This document shows, one piece after another, positions 16,389-23,345 of a stretch of DNA of 23,345 nt (position 1 is its first letter; the number at the start of each line of letters is the position of its first letter). A program made the position numbers and the translations under genes. Below the pieces are notes generated by a model, which saw nothing but the letters and a program-made list of their open reading frames with translations, ran no database searches and was not told the origin of the DNA. The DNA is taken from assembly GCA_045106895.1 (NCBI GenBank), contig JBGCFM010000180.1, positions 1 through 23,345 of the forward strand, in the 5' to 3' direction. This DNA is from Polyangiales bacterium. Its GTDB lineage: Bacteria; Myxococcota_A; Polyangia; Polyangiales; Houyiibacteriaceae.

Positions 16389-17216
16389 TTATGGAGCCTC
16401 TAGAAGTTCGACCACCGCCTGGGCCACACCTTCCGCGGACGCGGGGTTCTGGCCCGTGACCAATCGGCCGTCGGTTTGAACGTTGGGCTGCCAGATCGGC
16501 TGCGTGACCACCGTCGCACCGAGCTCTTCGAGGCGCGACTGGAGAAGAAAAGGCACATGCTCTTCGTGGCCGACAGCTCGCTCTTCGTCGTCCGTGAAGG
16601 CCGCAACGCGACGACCTCGAATGAGGGGCTCGCCGTTGTCGTCTCTCAACCCGATGAGGCCCGCAGGTCCGTGACATACCGCGGACACGATTCCGCCTTG
16701 GGCGTAGATCGCTTCTCCAAGACTCGCGAGGGCCGGTTGGTTGGGGAAGTCCCACATCGTCCCGTGGCCTCCGACGAAGTAGATTGCGGCGTAGGCACTC
16801 GCGTCGACGTCCGCCGGCGTCATGCTCCGGTGGAGGCGAGCGACGAGTTCTTCGCGCTGCATGAACGCCTGCGAACGTTCATCGTCGTCCCCCGCGTACA
16901 GAGGTATGCGGCCACCGTTCGGAGACACGAAGTCGACGGCCCATCCTGCTTCCTCGAAGACAAGAAAGCCGTGGGCGAGTTCCGGGAGAAATGCGCCGGT
17001 CGGCTCGCCGGCCATGGTGTCGTGCGTGGAGAGAACGAAGAGGACGCGCGGTGCTGCCCCTTGAGTTTCCTCCCCCGCGACGGTCTCCGTCGAGGGAGCG
17101 TTCTCCGTCGCGATGGAGGAGTGGCTCGAACAAGCGGCGAGGGCGAGGGCGCCCAGGATGACGGCGAGTAACGAAGGATGCAGGCGCGGCGCTAGAGGGT
17201 GGAGATCGTTGGTCAT
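16389..17216 (-). CDS. DJ-1/PfpI (Hsp31-like, type 1 GATase-like domain) lipoprotein
   Basis: Start MTNDL with lipobox ALAA-C; TGAFLPEL, SPNGG, FVGGHGTMWDF, SAVCHGP and LVTGQNPAS. Confidence 0.88.
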   Translation of the reverse strand: MTNDLHPLAPRLHPSLLAVILGALALAACSSHSSIATENAPSTETVAGEETQGAAPRVLFVLSTHDTMAGEPTGAFLPELAHGFLVFEEAGWAVDFVSPNGGRIPLYAGDDDERSQAFMQREELVARLHRSMTPADVDASAYAAIYFVGGHGTMWDFPNQPALASLGEAIYAQGGIVSAVCHGPAGLIGLRDDNGEPLIRGRRVAAFTDDEERAVGHEEHVPFLLQSRLEELGATVVTQPIWQPNVQTDGRLVTGQNPASAEGVAQAVVELLEAP

Positions 17217-17266
17217 GGGATGTGCTTGGAGTGTAGGGCTGTGCTTTGGACGAACCACTGCATGTT

Positions 17267-19129
17267 CTAGGACGCGGCGACTTGCTTGAGGCCTTCCACT
17301 TCGATGGTGAACTCGCCCCACTGAAGGTAGGCTTTCCCGTCACGCTCGAAGGCGCCGCGGAGCCCGGGGAAAGCCAGGAGCGGGTAGATCTGCTCTCCAC
17401 AGGCAAAGAGCGTGGGTTGGCCGCTATCCTGGGGAAAGAAGAAGAGGAGATCGTGTTCATGGAGATAGGACGCGCGGCCTTTTCGGAGGCTGAGAGAATG
17501 GCGAAGGCCAGGCCACTCCGCCGCGGTATCGCTCTCCGGCTTGGTACGCCACATCACCTGGCCGAAGCCCAGGGCTACGAGGCGCGCGTCGTCGGTCATG
17601 AAGAAGTCTGTGCACTCGGGCAGAGCGGTGCTGATCGTCGCCGTCGGACGGTGGAAAACACAGAGGCGAAGCCGACGACCCGGGAGTAGGTCCTTGGTTT
17701 GAAAAGCGACCCACTCACCGGACGGAGAAGCTGCCGCTTGGTAAGCGTCGATGTTTGAAGGCAGCTCCACAGGTGGAGCTGCCGGGGCTTCCACGCCGGG
17801 CGCGGGAAGCCATGTGAGGAACGAACAGTCGATGGCCTTGCTCTTCCGTTTTCGCGGAGTTCGGGCTCGCTCGGCGGCGATGTCTGCGTGCGCACCTTCG
17901 AGGACAAGGTCGCCAACTTTGGTCCCAAAGTAGAGCGCGTCACCAATCTCGACGAGCGGGCCTGGTGCGTACGCGAACTTCGTCAGCTGTTTTAGTTTGC
18001 CATGGACGAAGCGAAACGCCGTCAGCGCAGGACCCTTCCAAACCGCGACTCCGTAGCCATCCGCGAAGGCCGCGACGGAAGTTCCTTTGATCTTCTTTCG
18101 CACAAGAAGTGTGTTGTCTTCGTCGAAGACGTAAAGCGCGACGGTGGTGAGCACGGCCCAGCACCCGTTCGCGAGGGCGACGAAGCGTTGGTAGAATTCG
18201 TGCGCGTTGTGGGACTGTGCGATCTCGTGGGCATTCGGGAAGGGGAGGGGGGTGATATCTCCTGTCGCCAGGTCCACTCGGCTGATGAACGGGCTCGAAG
18301 AGAAAAGCGCGTACTCGCCGCACGGGGAGACCGAAACGCGGTGAATCGGCATCCGCAGCTCGAACGCGACGCGTGACTTCCCGTCGACCACGGCGAGCTC
18401 CGTTGCCGCAAACGACTTGCCGTCGAAGACCCGCGCGACGGAGAGCTCGCCGGAGTGTGCGCAGGGGCGGTCGCCGGCGCTTGGGGGCTCGTCCCTGCCA
18501 TAGGGAGGCGCGAGGGAAAAGAGTGATAGGTCCGGTTCGGCCACCTCCGGTCGCTCTGCTTCACGGACCTGAATGGGGCCTTCCTTCTGCTTCGCCAAGG
18601 CCTTGTCGATGCCTTTGCGGTCTCGGAGCAACGTCTTGTCGGTCGTCCACGCTAGGTGGATCTTCTTCAGTTCAGCGTCGAAGGCTTCGCCCGCTTCCCA
18701 CGGTGGCGCGCTCTTGTCGATGGGTCTCGGCACGCCGGAGCCGAAGTTCATGTCCGCCGCCGCCGTAGGCGGGTGCGCGTAGCCCGTCTCTCCTTCGCGC
18801 ATGCCGTGAAAGATGATGTCCGCGATGGGCACCTCGGCGTGGAGCTTCCTTGCGAACCTCTCCACCCTAGCAAGAAAAGCGAGACTGTTGCGCTCGTCGT
18901 CCCCGCCGGTGAAGAACTTCACGCAGCGACCGGCAAAGAGAACATCGTCGAACTCCATGGCGCGGTAGATGTGTTTCGCGATGGCGCGCTGGTCCTCTTC
19001 ATCCACTTCGCTCTCAAACGCGATGGAGATGAGGTGGCCCATGTTCGCGCCCTCGAACCAGTCGGCGGGATGGCGACAGAAGAACTCGAAGTCGTTTGCG
19101 CCCTTTTGTTTCTTGTCTGCTCCACTCAT
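17267..19129 (-). CDS. Hypothetical protein (possible beta-propeller C-terminal part)
   Basis: 620-aa ORF from MSGADKK, preceded by GGGGG. SVSPCGEYALF and AASPSGEWVAF resemble propeller blades. Confidence 0.7.
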   Translation of the reverse strand: MSGADKKQKGANDFEFFCRHPADWFEGANMGHLISIAFESEVDEEDQRAIAKHIYRAMEFDDVLFAGRCVKFFTGGDDERNSLAFLARVERFARKLHAEVPIADIIFHGMREGETGYAHPPTAAADMNFGSGVPRPIDKSAPPWEAGEAFDAELKKIHLAWTTDKTLLRDRKGIDKALAKQKEGPIQVREAERPEVAEPDLSLFSLAPPYGRDEPPSAGDRPCAHSGELSVARVFDGKSFAATELAVVDGKSRVAFELRMPIHRVSVSPCGEYALFSSSPFISRVDLATGDITPLPFPNAHEIAQSHNAHEFYQRFVALANGCWAVLTTVALYVFDEDNTLLVRKKIKGTSVAAFADGYGVAVWKGPALTAFRFVHGKLKQLTKFAYAPGPLVEIGDALYFGTKVGDLVLEGAHADIAAERARTPRKRKSKAIDCSFLTWLPAPGVEAPAAPPVELPSNIDAYQAAASPSGEWVAFQTKDLLPGRRLRLCVFHRPTATISTALPECTDFFMTDDARLVALGFGQVMWRTKPESDTAAEWPGLRHSLSLRKGRASYLHEHDLLFFFPQDSGQPTLFACGEQIYPLLAFPGLRGAFERDGKAYLQWGEFTIEVEGLKQVAAS

Positions 19130-19174
19130 TTGTTTCCCCCGGATTCGCGCTGGCATTCGCACGACGGGACGAGA

Positions 19175-19251
19175 CTACTTCGAGTCGATGGGCGGCAGCA
19201 GGCCTTTTTCACGCAGCTTGTCTTTCTTGCTGGCCTCGCACTTGCGCTTGC
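19175..19251 (-). repeat. Orphan diverged copy of the 3' end of the DEAD-box helicase gene (pairs with 21007..21074)
   Basis: 52/57 identity over the last 19 codons, then a 9-nt insertion and 10/11 more. Encodes KRK(CEA)SKKDKLREKGLLPPIDSK*. Confidence 0.95.
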
Positions 19252-19282
19252 GGTTTTGGGCTCCGCTTATGAGTGCTGAAGC

Positions 19283-20932
19283 ATGTTGCGACACCTCCTG
19301 ATTTTGCTCGCCTGCCTTGTGGCGTGCGGAGACGATAGTACCGCCGACACGGTAACGAGCGACGCACAGGTGCCCGACGATGCCGGTGCCAGATTCGACG
19401 GTACGCTTGCGGACGGCTCTGCGAGCGACTCGTCCGTTCTGGGCGATGCGAACGGCGCGGACGCCGGCCCGCCTAGCTGTCCGACGTGCGATGGCGACGG
19501 GGATGGTTTCGACGACGACGTAGATTGCGACGACGCGGACTCGAGCATTTATCCCGGAGTGGGCGCGAGCTGCTCAGCGGACTGTGGGGAAGGGAGCCGG
19601 TTCTGTGGTGACGATGGCAGCTGGTCCGAGTGTGACTGCACGCCGGTCTGCGAGGCGAGCGGCGAAGGGCGCTGTTTCTACATCTCCGCGGAGGGCGGCT
19701 CAGACGACAACGAGGGTTCTTTCGCCGCACCATGGGAAACCTACTTGAACGTAGTCTCCTACTACGGGCCAGAGGATGCGCCCGCCAGCGCGGTACGTTT
19801 GGGTCCCGGCGATGTGGTCTACTTCATGGACGGCGAATACGATGCGACCTACTCCTACAACTCGGACACCAACGCGTTCTTCTTGCGCAACGTTCACGGC
19901 GAGGTGGGGAATCCCATTGCGTTCCGCGCGTACCCAGGCCACCGGCCGCTGCTAACGACTGGCCAAACACGAACCGCTGTGGTGCTGTTTCAGTCCAGCC
20001 ACCTGGTGATGGACGGATTCGAGGTCCGGGATTCTCGCGGCAATGGAATCAGACTCGACGACGCCAACTTCGTAGAGCTTTCCCGACTCCACGTCACCGA
20101 CGTGATCGGCCCCAGTGCTTCGAACGTCGCTGGGATCCATGTTGTGTCGAGCGAGAACCTCAACCTTCATCATTCGTCGATCCACGATATTCAGGCTGAA
20201 GGTGAGGGTGGCAACGTTTGGTCGCATGGCGCCATCTTCTTTGGCGGCGGAAACCACCGCCTCCACCACAACGAGTTCTACACAACGCCGCCACGCATTG
20301 ACCCGATGCGCCGCGGCTGCGTTCTCTACAAACACAGCGCGACGGTCGAAGGCAGCACCTTCGAGGTCGATCACAACGTGTTCCGTGGGTGCGAGGGGCG
20401 CGCCATCGGCTCGGGCTCTTTTGGCACGAACATTCACCACAACCTCTTCCTTGGTTCCGGCGTGAGCTTCGAAGACTTCGGAGGCCCAACCCACCATGAT
20501 AGCCGCGTCGTTAGCAACACCTTCGTGGACTCGGGGGGCATGAGCTACAACCCAACGGACGACTGGGAGCCCGTGGGCCTGACCACCTTCAGTGACAACA
20601 TTGTTGTAGACTCGAGTACCTATGGTGCTGAGCGGGGAATCATCACCATCGGCACCTACATCAGCGACAGCCTGTATGAACAGACTGTCGACGCAGGCAA
20701 CCTGGCGTTCTCCGACAACTGCTACTTCAACCCAATGGAAGAGCCTCGCTTCAACCTCTTCGCTGCCGGCGGGAGCTTTGGAGACCTCGGCGCGATCTAC
20801 ACATTCGAGGAGTGGCAGGCGCTTGGATATGATGTCGACTCGGCCGTTGTCGACCCCGGTCTCGACGAGCGATACGTTCCCAGCGCCGACGCGTGTGCAT
20901 CGGCTGGGTGGCGGCCTCTGATCGCCGACTGA
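19283..20932 (+). CDS. Lipoprotein with MopE-like Asp/Cys motif and right-handed parallel beta-helix (polysaccharide lyase-like)
   Basis: Lipobox LVA-C; DGDGDGF..DCDDADSSIYPG; FYISAEGGSDDNEGSFAAPWET..LGPGDVVYFMDGEY..NPIAFRAYPG; repeated HHN/DHN coils. Confidence 0.8.
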   Translation: MLRHLLILLACLVACGDDSTADTVTSDAQVPDDAGARFDGTLADGSASDSSVLGDANGADAGPPSCPTCDGDGDGFDDDVDCDDADSSIYPGVGASCSADCGEGSRFCGDDGSWSECDCTPVCEASGEGRCFYISAEGGSDDNEGSFAAPWETYLNVVSYYGPEDAPASAVRLGPGDVVYFMDGEYDATYSYNSDTNAFFLRNVHGEVGNPIAFRAYPGHRPLLTTGQTRTAVVLFQSSHLVMDGFEVRDSRGNGIRLDDANFVELSRLHVTDVIGPSASNVAGIHVVSSENLNLHHSSIHDIQAEGEGGNVWSHGAIFFGGGNHRLHHNEFYTTPPRIDPMRRGCVLYKHSATVEGSTFEVDHNVFRGCEGRAIGSGSFGTNIHHNLFLGSGVSFEDFGGPTHHDSRVVSNTFVDSGGMSYNPTDDWEPVGLTTFSDNIVVDSSTYGAERGIITIGTYISDSLYEQTVDAGNLAFSDNCYFNPMEEPRFNLFAAGGSFGDLGAIYTFEEWQALGYDVDSAVVDPGLDERYVPSADACASAGWRPLIAD

Positions 20933-21006
20933 ACATCGCGACCTCATGGGATGTCCATCGCCACGAAGTTCGCGGCGAACTGAGGACTCCCACGCGGCTC
21001 GAAGTG

Positions 21007-21074
21007 CTACTTAGAGTCGATGGGCGGGAGCAGCCCTTTTTTGCGCAGCTTGTCTTTCTTGCTCTTGCGTTTGC
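21007..21074 (-). repeat. In-gene copy of direct repeat 2 (3' end of the DEAD helicase)
   Basis: Matches 19175..19251, including the 20-nt perfect run cgcagcttgtctttcttgct. Confidence 0.95.
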
Positions 21075-22281
21075 CTTTCTTCGGCGGCGGTCCCGCGCCT
21101 CTCCGTCGTGGCTCGGGCTGTCCCGTGAGAGGAAACTCCGGCAGCTGCGTTCGCGGAAGCGGGCACGCCATGCGCTTTTCGATGAGCCGAAAATGAAGCT
21201 CGGATTCGTGGTCGACAAAGGAGATCGCCACGCCGGTCTCGCCGGCGCGCCCGGTTCGTCCGATGCGATGCACGTAGGTCTGGGGCGAGCGCGGCAGGTC
21301 GTAGTTCACGACGGCGTCCAGCGATGGTACGTCGATGCCGCGTCCGGCAAGGTCTGTGGCGACGAGGATCGAGACCATCCCGCGTTTGAAGCGCGAGAGC
21401 GCTTGGTCGCGCTGAGCTTGCTCCAGGCCGCCGTGGAGTGACGCCGTGGCAAAGCCCGCGGAGTGGAGCTTTCGCGCTAGGTTCTCTGCGGCGCGCTGCG
21501 TCGAGACGAATACGAGCGTCTGTCGCCAGTCGTTGTCGCGTACCAAGTGCTGAAGCAGGGGCCGGCGATTGTCCGAGTCGGTTTCGTACACCTGCTGCTC
21601 GATGAGCGGCGGCGTCGTCTCGTCGGCGTCAATGCGGATCGTCACCGGAGCGCGGAGCGCGATGCTGCCGAGAGTGCGCACGTGCTGCGGGAGCGTCGCC
21701 GTGAAGAAGAGCGTCTGGCGGTTCTTTGGCAGGGAGCGGATCAAGTCAGCGAGCTCCTCGCGAAAGCCCAGGTCGAGGAGCTTGTCCGCCTCGTCGAGGA
21801 CGAGGGTCTCCAGGTCTTTCAGGTCCAGCGCGCCACGCTCCAGGATGTCGAGCAGACGGCCCGGCGTCGCGACGACGACGTCGACGCCGGAGCGAAGCAT
21901 GTCGAGCTGCGAATCCACGGACACGCCGCCGATGATGGTGAGGACGCGGCAGCTGTCGCCGTAGGCGAAGGTCTTGAAGGTGGAGGCGACTTGTTGCGCC
22001 AGCTCTCGTGTCGGAGCGAGCACCAGCGCGCGCACGACGCGCTCGTCGGGGGAGGGGTGCTCGCTAAGCCACGCGACGATGGGCAGAACAAAGGCCGCGG
22101 TTTTCCCCGAGCCGGTTTGTGCCTCGGCGGCGACGTCTCGTCCCGCGCGGATGAGAGGGATGGCCTCTACTTGGATAGGCGTGGGCTGCTCGAAGCCGTT
22201 CGCGGCGGCGGCTCGTTGAATCCCCGCGGGCAGATCCAAGTCCGCGAATGTCGCCTGAGGAGCCGTATCTTTGTCGTTCAT
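21007..22281 (-). CDS. DEAD-box ATP-dependent RNA helicase (RhlE-like)
   Basis: Q motif GFEQPTPIQ, AQTGSGKT, APTRELA, TPGRL, DEAD, TAT (motif III variant), RGID, HRIGRTGRAG and basic tail KRKSKKDKLR. ATG 22281 preferred over GTG 22287. Confidence 0.95.
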   Translation of the reverse strand: MNDKDTAPQATFADLDLPAGIQRAAAANGFEQPTPIQVEAIPLIRAGRDVAAEAQTGSGKTAAFVLPIVAWLSEHPSPDERVVRALVLAPTRELAQQVASTFKTFAYGDSCRVLTIIGGVSVDSQLDMLRSGVDVVVATPGRLLDILERGALDLKDLETLVLDEADKLLDLGFREELADLIRSLPKNRQTLFFTATLPQHVRTLGSIALRAPVTIRIDADETTPPLIEQQVYETDSDNRRPLLQHLVRDNDWRQTLVFVSTQRAAENLARKLHSAGFATASLHGGLEQAQRDQALSRFKRGMVSILVATDLAGRGIDVPSLDAVVNYDLPRSPQTYVHRIGRTGRAGETGVAISFVDHESELHFRLIEKRMACPLPRTQLPEFPLTGQPEPRRRGAGPPPKKGKRKSKKDKLRKKGLLPPIDSK

Positions 22282-22290
22282 CGCCACGTC

Positions 22291-22296
22291 ACCCTA
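22291..22296 (-). promoter_or_regulatory. -10 box TAGGGT upstream of the helicase
   Basis: TAGGGT lies 9 nt before ATG 22281. Confidence 0.45.
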
Positions 22297-22359
22297 AGGG
22301 AGCTCACGCCGGCAGCGCGCCACGGAGTCCCAAGTCATGGACCGTAGTGCGTGGGGCGC

Positions 22360-22391
22360 GCCCTGTCATGGCGGCGCCCCGTCATGGCGGC
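22360..22391. repeat. 16-bp tandem repeat in the divergent promoter region
   Basis: gccctgtcatggcggc / gccccgtcatggcggc, with an extra gtcatgg at 22334. Confidence 0.8.
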
Positions 22392-22442
22392 CGCTTCGAG
22401 GAATGTCCGCCGCACCCCTGGTGTTCTGTGTCTTGTGGGGCT

Positions 22443-22448
22443 TAGGGT
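22443..22448 (+). promoter_or_regulatory. -10 box TAGGGT 6 nt upstream of ATG (leaderless promoter candidate)
   Basis: TAGGGT-ccgtgc-ATG. Confidence 0.6.
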
Positions 22449-22454
22449 CCGTGC

Positions 22455-23342
22455 ATGTCCCGTCGCTTTGTGCCCCGCTCCCCACGGCTTGCGTCGTCTG
22501 CTTTGGGGCTCTTCGTCCTTGCTTTGAGCGCCTGTGGATCGTCGGCGCCGGAAGAAGTTGCACCCATCGCTCCAGGGACGCCGTCGAGCGCAGTCCCGGC
22601 GCCGAGCGCTCCCGCCGCGGCGGCGCCAGCGATCAATATCACCGAGGTGATCTTTGCGACGGCGCTGGACGACCAGTGGCAACCCGTTGGCGGCGCACAG
22701 ACCGTTTTTCCAGCGGACCAGGAGACGGTCTGGGCGCGGATCTCCATCGCTGGGCGGCCGCGCACAGGAATCATCACGCTGCGATGGATGTGGCGCGACC
22801 TGCAGATGGGCGAGTTTCCCGTCGACCTCAGCAGCGTCAACGGCGGCGTATTCTTCTCGTTCGGCCAGAACACGTACCTACAAGGGTATGTGACGCCGCA
22901 GACATTCTATGTCGGCACGGGGCACCGCCTGGTTCTCATGTCCGGGGGAGTTGAACTTGGCTCCTACGGGTTCACCGTGGTTCCGCCGGCGAATGCCCGT
23001 CCGAGCCACTTCGTGTCGGCGACTCTGCACAACGCAGACCCGAGACAAGGGGACCCTGGGCCTCCGCGCACATCCTTCGCGGCGGGCGAGCATGTCCACG
23101 TTGTCGGCCGAGTCGCCCTTGGGCGCCGGAGCTGGTTCAACTGCAAGGTCGCCGTCAATGGCGTGCCCGTGCCGACGATGACTCGGGAAATTATGGGTCC
23201 TGACGATGGCGGGGACGAACTCAATTTCGCCTTGGACATGTTTCCAGAGGGCGGATGGCCGCCTGGGCAACACCACATCACTCTTGTGCTCAACGACAAC
23301 GAAGTCGCCGCGTACGACATCACCGTTCCGCCGGCGGGCTAG
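22455..23342 (+). CDS. Hypothetical lipoprotein with two beta-sandwich-like domains
   Basis: Lipobox LSA-C and Pro/Ala linker; two similar modules (TVFPADQETV..YVGTGHRL.. / TSFAAGEHV..WPPGQHHI..). Confidence 0.78.
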   Translation: MSRRFVPRSPRLASSALGLFVLALSACGSSAPEEVAPIAPGTPSSAVPAPSAPAAAAPAINITEVIFATALDDQWQPVGGAQTVFPADQETVWARISIAGRPRTGIITLRWMWRDLQMGEFPVDLSSVNGGVFFSFGQNTYLQGYVTPQTFYVGTGHRLVLMSGGVELGSYGFTVVPPANARPSHFVSATLHNADPRQGDPGPPRTSFAAGEHVHVVGRVALGRRSWFNCKVAVNGVPVPTMTREIMGPDDGGDELNFALDMFPEGGWPPGQHHITLVLNDNEVAAYDITVPPAG

Positions 23343-23345
23343 AGG

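Noticed and set aside
20967..20981. Short palindromes (agttcgc-g-gcgaact; also 3400..3417 and 3468..3480) as terminators or att cores
   Set aside because: No U-tract, not shared between junctions, and expected by chance at this GC level.
9396..21074. Diversity-generating retroelement (non-coding copy of a gene's 3' end resembles TR/VR)
   Set aside because: Mismatches are not at adenines of the non-coding copy on the coding strand (G/C, C/T, T/G etc.), many are synonymous, indels are present, and no reverse transcriptase or Avd is in the window.
19175..21074. Assembly artefact producing the duplicated tails
   Set aside because: The copies are not identical and differ in a codon-aware way. 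Long-read confirmation is still desirable.
704..22454. Integron cassette array
   Set aside because: Mixed gene orientations, no recurring attC-like RYYYAAC..GTTRRRY element in the spacers, and no intI.

Overview
GC-rich, Myxococcota-like accessory region (MYXO-CTERM tails, DAG-repeat linkers, many lipoboxes) with 15 credible CDSs: two PL1-like beta-helix proteins, two EEP-family nucleases (one a HhH-5xCARDB-DNase I-like lipoprotein behind a clear sigma-54 promoter), a coupled HEAT-GT4 + GT1 glycosyltransferase pair, a lipoprotein DJ-1/PfpI, a beta-helix lipoprotein, an RhlE-like DEAD-box helicase and several hypotheticals. The most striking signal is non-coding. Cargo blocks sit just downstream of resident genes and are followed by an orphan, diverged copy of that same gene's last ~20-25 codons plus stop. 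This is clear for the CARDB nuclease (13226-13299 vs relic 9396-9463, flanking the GT pair) and the DEAD helicase (21007-21074 vs relic 19175-19251, flanking the beta-helix gene). A more decayed third case is a MYXO-CTERM tail at 5668-5790. No integrase, transposase or RT is recognisable, so this looks like repeated cargo acquisition by 3'-end replacement of ordinary genes. No rRNA, tRNA or CRISPR was seen. All product calls come from motif recognition by eye, not from database searches.
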